A stretch of DNA of 64,000 bases from an uncultured bacterium (GTDB lineage: Bacteria; Oederibacteriota; Oederibacteriia; Oederibacteriales; Oederibacteriaceae), in contig OZ218778.1 of assembly GCA_965112635.1 (NCBI GenBank), forward strand, positions 1,504,001 to 1,568,000, in the 5' to 3' direction. Every line of letters begins with the position of its first letter. Position 1 is the stretch's first letter. Below the pieces are notes generated by a model. That model had not been told where the DNA came from, did no database searches, and saw nothing but the letters and a program-made list of their open reading frames with translations. Shown in pieces: positions 18,295 to 26,304 of this stretch. The position numbers and the translations under genes are program-made.

Positions 18295-18653
18295 TTGCGA
18301 TATTTCGTTCTGTCGATAGAAATGATATTGGTTCTATATGTCAGTGTATGTTTTGCTCAAGCATCGCCGACATATGTTGTCACGGCGAGTCGATTCTCCC
18401 TTGATAACCAGAATAATAATTTATATGTTTCTCTTCCTTATTCGAAAGTTAAAGATAAAACAAACTCATATTTTGGAATTTTAGGAAAAGAGTGATTGTA
18501 AGTTATAGGGGAATGAAAATAATTGCCCCGATAAAGGACGCTGGGCCATGGAATATTTTTGATAATTATTGGGCCAGTTTAGCTAATCGTGATAGAAATG
18601 GATTTGGAATACCATCAGGTTCAAATTATGCTAATGATAAAACTTTCATTTGA
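18295..18653 (+). pseudogene. Frameshifted secreted protein with DAGPWNxxDNYW motif (RlpA/double-psi-barrel-like)
   Basis: 18295-18495 gives signal peptide + YVSLPY; the -1 frame from 18492 reads VIVSYRGMKIIAPIKDAGPWNIFDNYW to TGA 18651-53, which abuts the inverted repeat. Confidence 0.55.
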
Positions 18654-18674
18654 ATTGGGGTCGTGTCTTGACAT

Positions 18675-18703
18675 TTGACATTTAGGGAAAGGGTTGTTAG
18701 GAT
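18675..18703 (+). promoter_or_regulatory. Sigma70-type promoter with -35 inside the left inverted repeat
   Basis: TTGACA (18675-80), 17 bp, TAGGAT (18698-703); ATG 9 nt later with no SD. Confidence 0.55.
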
Positions 18704-18712
18704 GGCGGCACT

Positions 18713-19549
18713 ATGGCGAGACAATTACGGATCCAATATGAAGATGCCCTGTATCACGTCACGAGCAGGGGCAATGCCCGGGAAAAGGTGTTTTATAACG
18801 ATAAAGACAGGGAGAAATTCCTGGAGGTATTGGCCCTAGGCGTTAAACGATTTGGCTGGCGGTGCCACGCCTATTGTTTAATGAGCAATCATTATCACCT
18901 GCTGATAGAAACCCCACGCCCCAACCTTTCCATCGGAATGAGACAATTAAACGGGATATATACCCAGACCTTCAACCGCAGTCACAAAAGAGTGGGGCAT
19001 TTATTTCAGGGCAGGTTTAAAAGCATCCATGTGGAGAAGGAAGGGCATTTACTGGAGCTGTGCCGGTATGTGGTGCTAAATCCAGTGAGAGCCAGGATGG
19101 TGGAGAAACCGGAGGAATGGAAATGGAGCAGTTACCGGGCCACGGCCGGGCAGGAAAAAGCCGGGGAGTATCTTTATACGGACTGGATATTGAGTCAGTT
19201 CGGCAAAAAAAAGAAACAGGCGCAAAAGATGTACAGGAAATTTGTCGCAGAGGGGATCAAGGAGGGCAAGAAGCCCTGGGAAAAGGTCAAAGGGCAGGTC
19301 TATTTGGGGAGCGAGGATTTTGTGCAGGATTTGAAAGGGAGGCTGAAAGACAGGGATCTGAAAGAAGTGCCGGCTGTCCAGAAAATGGCCGTAAAGAAGA
19401 GCCTGAAAGAGCTATTTAAGAATGAGGGGACGGCGGAGGAGATAGAAAGAGCGAGGGAACACGGGCATACGATGAAAGGGATTGCGGAGCATTTGGGATT
19501 GCATTATAGTGCGGTAACACAGAGAGTCAAAAGAGGTTATGGAAAATGA
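18713..19549 (+). CDS. RAYT-like Y1 (IS200 superfamily) transposase with C-terminal HTH
   Basis: YHVTSRGN, LMSNHYHLL (HUH), GHLFQGRF, YVVLNPVRA (catalytic Tyr), WSSY; C-terminal IAEHLGLHYSAV HTH. Confidence 0.9.
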   Translation: MARQLRIQYEDALYHVTSRGNAREKVFYNDKDREKFLEVLALGVKRFGWRCHAYCLMSNHYHLLIETPRPNLSIGMRQLNGIYTQTFNRSHKRVGHLFQGRFKSIHVEKEGHLLELCRYVVLNPVRARMVEKPEEWKWSSYRATAGQEKAGEYLYTDWILSQFGKKKKQAQKMYRKFVAEGIKEGKKPWEKVKGQVYLGSEDFVQDLKGRLKDRDLKEVPAVQKMAVKKSLKELFKNEGTAEEIERAREHGHTMKGIAEHLGLHYSAVTQRVKRGYGK

Positions 19550-19579
19550 GGAAATGTCAAATGTCAAGATGTGACCCCA

Positions 19580-20833
19580 ATGGTTGATCAGAGCATTATC
19601 AGGCAAAAGTGCCGGGAAGACGGCAAGCCGATTGTGGATGCCATCGTGGAGGTCATCCGCCGCAGGTCGGACGAGAAAAGCACTCTGTTCGCGGTGTGCC
19701 CCAACTCAGAATCAGTGACCCGGGCGGCTTTGCAGGCCGGTAAAAAAGCAGGGGCACCGGTCATTTACGCGGCCACCCTCAACCAGGTGGATGATGACCG
19801 GGGATACACAGGCTGGACCCAGGCTGAATTCGTCGATTTTATCACCAAGGAAGCGGGCCGGATCGGTTTTGATGGGCCTGTCATACCCTGTTTGGACCAC
19901 GGCGGGCCGTGGCTCAAAGACAAACATAGCAGCGAGGGTTTCAGCTATCAGGCCACAGTGACGGCTTTGAAAAATAGCCTGGTTTCCTGCGTGAAGGCCG
20001 GCTATGACCTGTTGCATATCGACCCCACGGTGGACAAGACCCTGAAGTCCGGCGCAACTTTGAGCATTGATGTGGTGGTCCAGCGGACCGTGGAGTGCAT
20101 CGACCATGTGGAAAAGTTCCGCAGGGAAAATAAGCTGCCTAGGATAAGCTACGAGGTCGGCACCGAGGAAGTCCACGGCGGGCTGGCGGACAAAAAAGTT
20201 TTCATCCGTTTTTTGGAACAGCTCAAAGCCGGACTAAGCGCAAAAGGGTATGCCGAAGTCTGGCCCTGCTTCATCGTGGGAAAGGTGGGGACAGACCTGC
20301 ATACCACCCTATTTGACCCGCAGGTAGCCAGGGAGCTCGCCCAGCTGGCCGCTCCCTACGGGTCGGTCATTAAAGGCCATTACACGGATTATGTGGAAAA
20401 CCCTGAAAAATACCCGGAAAGCGGCATGGGTGCGGCCAATATCGGGCCTGAGTTCACCGAAGAAGAATATAAGGCCCTGATGCATTTGATCCAATTGGAA
20501 AAAGGGAAAGCCAAGGACTCCGGCCTAAAAGAAGCCTTAGCCAACGCGGTCAATGCAAGCGGCCGCTGGAAAAAGTGGCTGCAACCCGATGAAAAAGGCA
20601 AGGGGCTTAACCAGCTCAGCGAAGAGCGGCAGGAGTGGCTCATCAGGACCGGCAGCCGGTATATTTGGACCGATGCCAACGTGGTCAAATGCCGCCGCAA
20701 CCTTTACCAAAACCTCAAGGACACCCTGGACGCGGACCAGTTCGTCCTGGACGCCATCCTCAAGCCCATGATGAAATATTACGGGTCTTTTAATCTCATG
20801 GGCATCAACAAGTTCCTGGAAAAGGCGCTGTAA
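19580..20833 (+). CDS. GatZ/KbaZ family protein (tagatose-bisphosphate aldolase non-catalytic subunit / tagatose-6-P 4-epimerase)
   Basis: AVCPNS, ATLNQVD..RGYTG, DHGGP, LHIDPT, YEVGTEE, KGHYTDY, ANIGPEFT. Confidence 0.85.
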   Translation: MVDQSIIRQKCREDGKPIVDAIVEVIRRRSDEKSTLFAVCPNSESVTRAALQAGKKAGAPVIYAATLNQVDDDRGYTGWTQAEFVDFITKEAGRIGFDGPVIPCLDHGGPWLKDKHSSEGFSYQATVTALKNSLVSCVKAGYDLLHIDPTVDKTLKSGATLSIDVVVQRTVECIDHVEKFRRENKLPRISYEVGTEEVHGGLADKKVFIRFLEQLKAGLSAKGYAEVWPCFIVGKVGTDLHTTLFDPQVARELAQLAAPYGSVIKGHYTDYVENPEKYPESGMGAANIGPEFTEEEYKALMHLIQLEKGKAKDSGLKEALANAVNASGRWKKWLQPDEKGKGLNQLSEERQEWLIRTGSRYIWTDANVVKCRRNLYQNLKDTLDADQFVLDAILKPMMKYYGSFNLMGINKFLEKAL

Positions 20834-20837
20834 GACC

Positions 20838-21476
20838 ATGCTCAAAATCACGGAGATCTTTAAAAGCATCCAGGGTGAGTCGTCTTTCGCGGGTTACGCC
20901 TGCACCTTTATCAGGCTGGCGGGTTGCAACCTCGACTGTACCTGGTGCGACACGAAATATTTCCAGGACAAGGGCGAGAACTGGAAGGCCGGGGATATCC
21001 TCAATGCCATCCAGGAGATGGGCTGCCCCCTGGTGGAGTTCACGGGCGGAGAGCCCTTGCTGCAGCAGGAGGTCTATCCGCTGATCACGAGAGTGCTTGA
21101 CACGGGTTACCAAGTGCTGGTGGAGACCAACGGCAGCATCCACCTGGGACAGTTGGACCCCAGGGCCGTCAAGGTGATGGACGTCAAATGTCCCGGGAGC
21201 GGGATGTCCCACAAGATGAACTGGTCCAACGTGGACCTGCTCAAGGAAAGGGATGAGGTCAAGTTCGTGATCAGCAACCGAGCTGATTATGACTGGGCCG
21301 TGGGGATCCTTAAAAAATTCAATTTGCCGCAGAAGGCGCTGGTGGTTTTTTCGCCTGTTTTTGGGACCCTGGAATCCAGGCATCTGGCCGAATGGATTTT
21401 GGCCGACCATTTGCCGGTCAGGCTCCAGCTCCAACTCCACAAGTACATCTGGGACCCGTCCCTGCGGGGAGTCTAG
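20838..21476 (+). CDS. queE: 7-carboxy-7-deazaguanine synthase (radical SAM)
   Basis: EIF.SIQGE, CNLDCTWCDT, TGGEPL, ETNG, QLHK. Confidence 0.93.
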   Translation: MLKITEIFKSIQGESSFAGYACTFIRLAGCNLDCTWCDTKYFQDKGENWKAGDILNAIQEMGCPLVEFTGGEPLLQQEVYPLITRVLDTGYQVLVETNGSIHLGQLDPRAVKVMDVKCPGSGMSHKMNWSNVDLLKERDEVKFVISNRADYDWAVGILKKFNLPQKALVVFSPVFGTLESRHLAEWILADHLPVRLQLQLHKYIWDPSLRGV

Positions 21477-22172
21477 ATGAAAAAGGCCCTGGTCCTCCTA
21501 AGCGGCGGACTGGACTCCACGACCCTCCTAGCCCTGGTCAGGTCAGCCGGTTACCAGGCGGTGTGCCTGACCTTTTCATACGGCCAGCGCCACCAGGTAG
21601 AGATCAAAAAGGCCGGCCGTATCGCCAAGCATTACAAAGCCAAAGAGCACCTTGTCCTCGAACTTCCCAAGTCGTTATTCACTGGTTCTGCCTTGACCGA
21701 CATCCGGCAGGTCCCCCAATCCAGGTCATTCCAGGAAATGAAAAGGCACATACCCATCACTTATGTGCCGGCCCGCAACACCGTTTTCCTGTCTTTGGCC
21801 TTGGCCGTGGCCGAAAGCCGCCGATGCCAGGATATTTTTATTGGGGCCAATGCGTTGGATTACAGTGGCTATCCGGATTGCCGGCCAAAATACCTGAGGT
21901 CTTTTGAAAATACGGCCAATTTGGGCACCAAAGCAGGGGCTACCGGGCGCCTCCGGTTCAGGATACAAGCACCGTTCATTGCCATGACCAAGGCCCAAAT
22001 TATCCGGACTGGTTTGAAACTGGGTGTGGACTACGGCCTGACCCACAGTTGTTATGACCCGGGACCTGGAGGCAAACCCTGCGGCAAGTGCGACAGCTGC
22101 CTGCTCCGAGCAAAAGGGTTCCGCGAGGCTGGGGCCATTGACCCGCTGGCCGGGTCCAGGAAAAGAACATGA
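21477..22172 (+). CDS. queC: 7-cyano-7-deazaguanine synthase
   Basis: SGGLDS, YGQRH, YVPARN, GYPDCRP, CGKCDSC. Confidence 0.95.
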   Translation: MKKALVLLSGGLDSTTLLALVRSAGYQAVCLTFSYGQRHQVEIKKAGRIAKHYKAKEHLVLELPKSLFTGSALTDIRQVPQSRSFQEMKRHIPITYVPARNTVFLSLALAVAESRRCQDIFIGANALDYSGYPDCRPKYLRSFENTANLGTKAGATGRLRFRIQAPFIAMTKAQIIRTGLKLGVDYGLTHSCYDPGPGGKPCGKCDSCLLRAKGFREAGAIDPLAGSRKRT

Positions 22173-22903
22173 AACCCTTTAAGGTCAGCGTCTGTTTCTG
22201 GCCCGACCAGCTGAAGAATTTTTCCCTAAAAGGCCAGGCCGCGGTGGTCCTGGATGTCCTCAGGGCAAGCACCACGATCGTCAATGCTTTGAGCAGCGGA
22301 GCCAGCTGGGTCCAGGCTGTGACCGGTGTTGGCCAGGCCCACAAGTTATCCCGTTCCTATCCCAGAGGCGCAGTGCTCTTGGGCGGAGAAAGAGGCGGGG
22401 TAAGGATCCCCGGTTTTCATCTGGGGAATTCACCGCTGGAATTCTCTCCCCAAAAGGTGCGTGGAAAAGGGATCATCTTTACCACTACCAACGGCACCAG
22501 GGCGCTGGAGCAATGCAGAGCCGCTTCGATCATATTAGTGGCCGGTTTGACCAATGCCGCCAGCGCGGCCCGTTATATAGTGAAACTAAACCGGGACACG
22601 GTGCTGGTGTGCGCCTGCCAGGAGAGAGATTTTTCCCTGGAGGATGGCATCGGCGCGGGAGCTTTGGCCTATAAATTGGAGCAAAGGGGAGCTCAGCTGA
22701 GCTTGGAAGCGAAACTGGCCAAAACCATGTTCCTTCATTTCCGGCAGGGACTGGCCCAAGCTTTGAGAAAAACAAGCCACGGCCAAAACCTGGCTAAATT
22801 GGGCCTGGGACGCGATATTTTGGCCTGCGCCAAGCTGGATTCCAAGGAAAGCGTGCCGGTCCTCCAAGGAAAGCGTTTGATTGATAGGCCCAGTTTTGTT
22901 TAA
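22169..22903 (+). CDS. comB: 2-phosphosulfolactate phosphatase family
   Basis: DVLRASTTI, GER.G, GNSP.E, TTTNGT, FSLED. Confidence 0.88.
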   Translation: MKPFKVSVCFWPDQLKNFSLKGQAAVVLDVLRASTTIVNALSSGASWVQAVTGVGQAHKLSRSYPRGAVLLGGERGGVRIPGFHLGNSPLEFSPQKVRGKGIIFTTTNGTRALEQCRAASIILVAGLTNAASAARYIVKLNRDTVLVCACQERDFSLEDGIGAGALAYKLEQRGAQLSLEAKLAKTMFLHFRQGLAQALRKTSHGQNLAKLGLGRDILACAKLDSKESVPVLQGKRLIDRPSFV

Positions 22904-22936
22904 ATGATATAGAAAGACTTGAGGAAGGAAGAAGAA

Positions 22937-23380
22937 ATGACCAAGATCCTATTGCGGATATTTGACGCCAACGCCAACAGGACCCGCGAGGGATTGCGGG
23001 TCGTGGAGGAAGTGGCGAGGTTCATCCTGAACCACAGTCAGCTCACCAAGCGCCTCAAAGGCGCGCGCCACCACCTGGACCTTGCCTTGAAAGAACTGGA
23101 AGCCAGGAATAACGCCAGGTTCATCCTGCACCGGGAAAGTGAATACGACGTGGGAGCCATCTCGTTCCTGGTATCCGAACGCAAGAGGGATGACCTGGAA
23201 GATCTGGTGACAGCCAATTTCAAAAGGGTCGAAGAGGGCTTAAGGGTGCTGGAGGAGTTTTCCAAAATGGTGAAGGGCCGGAGTGCGGATTCTTTTAAGG
23301 CCCTGCGGTTCAGGGTTTACACCCTGGAAAAGGACCTGCACCTGGCCATGCAAAAATCGTGGAAGAAAAGAAAGAAGTAA
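22937..23380 (+). CDS. ThiD2-like helical protein (N-terminal domain of long ThiE)
   Basis: Repeated DANANR.REGLRVVEE / NFKRVEEGLRVLEE, LRF.VY.LEK. Confidence 0.8.
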   Translation: MTKILLRIFDANANRTREGLRVVEEVARFILNHSQLTKRLKGARHHLDLALKELEARNNARFILHRESEYDVGAISFLVSERKRDDLEDLVTANFKRVEEGLRVLEEFSKMVKGRSADSFKALRFRVYTLEKDLHLAMQKSWKKRKK

Positions 23381-23390
23381 AAGAGGAGCT

Positions 23391-24023
23391 ATGACCAAAA
23401 ACATTTCCGGCCTTTATGTGATCATCGATGCCGGCGCTGTGGGCAAGCGTTCCCTGATGGATGTCACCAAGCAGGTCCTGGAGGGCGGAGCTACCATCGT
23501 GCAGTACCGGGATAAAGACGCGGACTCCAAAGATTTTTATGTCACGGCCAAAGCCCTGTTCAAGCTGGTCAAAGGACACAAGAGGCTTTTCATCATCAAC
23601 GACCGTCTGGACATCGCCAGAGCCGTGGACGCGGACGGGGTCCATGTGGGGCAGGAGGATTTCCCCCTGTCCTATGCGCGGAGCGTGCTGGGGCCCAGGA
23701 AGATCATCGGCGTGTCCACCCACAGCTGGAAGCAGGCCATCCAATCAGCTAAGGAAGACGTGGACTACATCAGCGTGGGACCTGTTTTCAAGACGCCCCT
23801 AAAATCGTATTTAAAACCCGTGGGGTTGGAATTGGTCTACCGGGTCGCCAAAGAAGTCAAAAGGCCGGTGGTCGCCATCGGAGGCATCAAAGTCCAAAAT
23901 GTGCAAAAAGTTCTGAAGGCCGGGGCCACGACCGTGGCGGTCATTTCCGCGGTTTTAAAGGCGAAAAACACCAAAAAAGCCTGCAGGGATATGATAGAGA
24001 AGATGGCTTTTTCTAAGGATTAG
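23391..24023 (+). CDS. thiE: Thiamine-phosphate synthase
   Basis: QYRDK, IINDR.DIA, GVHVGQED, GVSTH, VAIGGI; RBS GAGGAG before ATG 23391. Confidence 0.93.
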   Translation: MTKNISGLYVIIDAGAVGKRSLMDVTKQVLEGGATIVQYRDKDADSKDFYVTAKALFKLVKGHKRLFIINDRLDIARAVDADGVHVGQEDFPLSYARSVLGPRKIIGVSTHSWKQAIQSAKEDVDYISVGPVFKTPLKSYLKPVGLELVYRVAKEVKRPVVAIGGIKVQNVQKVLKAGATTVAVISAVLKAKNTKKACRDMIEKMAFSKD

Positions 24024-24118
24024 GGATTGGCACGAGGTTAGAGCTAGGCCATACAAAAAAACAGGTTCGTATTGTATAATCAGGGATACTTTTTCAAAAA
24101 ATTCTTGGAGAGTTGCAG

Positions 24119-25261
24119 ATGAAATCGTTATGGAAATCCCTCATATTGCTCACGTTCATTCTGAGCTGCGTCCCCCTGGCCTTGGCTGAGGACAAGATCG
24201 TCAAAATAGGTTTTGCCGGGCCATTGACCGGACCTCAAACCGCCATCGGCGCAGACGAGAAGAACGCGGCGGAAATGGCCATTGAGGAGGCCAACGAAGC
24301 CAAGGTGATACCATGGGTCAGCCTGGTCCTGGAAGCCCTGGACGACAAAGCCGACCCCAAGGAAGCCGTGAGCGTGGCTCACCGCTTCGCCGCTGAAAAC
24401 GACGTGGTGGCCGTGATCGGGCATACCACCAGCGGATGTTCTATGCCGGCTTCCAGCGTCTATCACGCAGCGGGCCTGACCATGATCACACCCAGTTCCA
24501 CCAATCCCAAGCTGACCCAGCAAGGTTTTGAGAACGTGTTCAGGGTCTGCGTCACAGACCTGCTACAGGGGGTCGCTGCGGCTAAGTTCGCCATCAAGAT
24601 ACTGGAGAAAAAGAGGTTCGCCATCATCCACGACAAGACGGAGTACGGACAGGGGCTGGCCGAGGAGTTCAGGAAGCAGATCCTGGCCGACAAAGGGATC
24701 GTCGTGGACTTCGAGGGGATCAACCAGGGTGACCAGGATTTCACTGCGGTCCTTTTGAAGATCAAGACAAAATACCCGGACATCATCTATTTCGGAGGGA
24801 TGTACCCGGAAGGCGCCCTGCTGGCCAAGCAGATCAAGCAGGTGGGATTCCCGGCGCCGACCTCGCTGATGGGCGCGGACGGGCTCTATGCGCCAGAATT
24901 CATCTCTCTGGCCCGCGACGCGGCGGATGGGACCATCATCAGCTTCATGGCTCCTCCCTTTGACCGGATCCAAACAGCCAAGAGTTTCGTGAGGAAATTC
25001 AGGAAGAAATATAAACAGATCAAGACCTATGCCCCTTACGCTTATGACGCCACCAACCTGATCATCCAGGCCATCAAGGCGTCCGGGGACCCGGGTAATC
25101 GCGCCAAAGTGCTGGCCGGGATAAGGCAGGCAGGGGATTTTGAGGGGGTTACGGGAAAGACCTCCTTTGACGCCCAAGGGGACAACCAGAACAAGGAAAT
25201 CTATTTTTATATCGTCCGTAAGAAAATGTTCAACTGGTACCAAACCAACCGGAAGTTGTAA
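24119..25261 (+). CDS. livK: Branched-chain amino acid ABC transporter substrate-binding protein
   Basis: IGFAGPLTG, DDKADP, STNP.LT, DKTEYGQGLA, YAYDA. Confidence 0.9.
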   Translation: MKSLWKSLILLTFILSCVPLALAEDKIVKIGFAGPLTGPQTAIGADEKNAAEMAIEEANEAKVIPWVSLVLEALDDKADPKEAVSVAHRFAAENDVVAVIGHTTSGCSMPASSVYHAAGLTMITPSSTNPKLTQQGFENVFRVCVTDLLQGVAAAKFAIKILEKKRFAIIHDKTEYGQGLAEEFRKQILADKGIVVDFEGINQGDQDFTAVLLKIKTKYPDIIYFGGMYPEGALLAKQIKQVGFPAPTSLMGADGLYAPEFISLARDAADGTIISFMAPPFDRIQTAKSFVRKFRKKYKQIKTYAPYAYDATNLIIQAIKASGDPGNRAKVLAGIRQAGDFEGVTGKTSFDAQGDNQNKEIYFYIVRKKMFNWYQTNRKL

Positions 25262-25363
25262 CTTAAAAATCAGCATGAAGCGGGCGGACTCCCCAATCTT
25301 GCGGCACTCCATCGATCCCCAGTATTCCACTCTCCTGCAAAAGCGTCCGGGAAAAGAACTCCT

Positions 25364-26266
25364 ATGTTTTTAGAACAGCTGATCAGCGGACTTACCCTGG
25401 GTTGTATTTACGCTCTCATAGCCCTTGGTTACACCATGGTCTACGGCATCCTCAAGTTCATCAACTTCGCCCACGGAGAGATCTACATGGTGGGCGCTTA
25501 TCTGGGGTATTACGCCCTGGTTTATTTGTCCGGGATACCCTGGTTGGCAGCCCACCCCTTGATCCTGCTGCTGTCCATGTTCCTATGCAGCATGGCCGGC
25601 TGCGGCCTCCTAGGCATCACCATTGACGCCATTGCCTACCGGCCCCTGCGCCAGGCCCCCAGGTTGGCGCCGCTGATCAGTGCGGTGGGCGTGTCCCTGA
25701 TCCTGCAGAACGTGGTCATGCTCGTGTGCGGTTCAGAAAATAAGAGCGTGCCCTCTTTGATCCCAACGATGTCTTTTTATATAGGGGACAGTTCCATCTC
25801 CCTGATCCAGATCTTTATCATGGGTTCCTCCGTCATTTTGATGCTCCTTTTGCACGGTTTCATCAAGAAAACCCTGATAGGCAAAGCCATGCGGGCCATC
25901 GCCCAAAATAAGAAGGCCGCCAGCCTGATGGGCATCCCGGTCAACAGCGTGATCGCCCTGACCTTTTTGGTCGGTTCGGCTTTGGGCGCGGCTGCCGGGG
26001 TGATGGTGGGGATGTATTACGGCGTCATCAATTTCTTTATCGGGTACATGGCCGGGCTCAAGGCCTTCACGGCCGCGGTGCTGGGGGGTATCGGAAGCAT
26101 TCCGGGAGCCATGCTGGGAGGACTGCTTCTGGGGGTCGTGGAAAGTCTGGGGGCCGGTTACCTGTCCTCGGAATACAAGGATGTTTTTGCTTTTATCATT
26201 TTGATACTGGTCCTCCTGATCAAGCCCACGGGTTTGATGGGAGAAAAAGAGATCGATAAAGTATAA
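25364..26266 (+). CDS. livH: BCAA ABC transporter permease
   Basis: YALIALGYTMVYG...INFAHG, KAFTAAVLGGIGS. Confidence 0.93.
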   Translation: MFLEQLISGLTLGCIYALIALGYTMVYGILKFINFAHGEIYMVGAYLGYYALVYLSGIPWLAAHPLILLLSMFLCSMAGCGLLGITIDAIAYRPLRQAPRLAPLISAVGVSLILQNVVMLVCGSENKSVPSLIPTMSFYIGDSSISLIQIFIMGSSVILMLLLHGFIKKTLIGKAMRAIAQNKKAASLMGIPVNSVIALTFLVGSALGAAAGVMVGMYYGVINFFIGYMAGLKAFTAAVLGGIGSIPGAMLGGLLLGVVESLGAGYLSSEYKDVFAFIILILVLLIKPTGLMGEKEIDKV

Positions 26267-26304
26267 AAACCCAAGGTTTAGCAGGATAGAAGCAGGAGAA
26301 GAAG

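Larger units (their letters stand above)
18654..19581 (+). mobile_element. Y1/HUH transposase element bounded by 30-bp inverted repeats
   Basis: Left ATTGGGGTCGTGTCTTGACATTTGACATTT (18654-83); right AAATGTCAAATGTCAAGATGTGACCCCAAT (19552-81); 27/30 complementary. Confidence 0.75.

Noticed and set aside
20838-22172. queE-queC as a 7-deazaguanine DNA-modification (dpd) or Qat defence system
   Set aside because: Canonical-length housekeeping-like proteins; no dpdA/tgt paralog, helicase or TatD nearby.
24028-24045. TTGGCACG as a sigma54 promoter upstream of livK
   Set aside because: The -12 TTGC element is absent at the required spacing.
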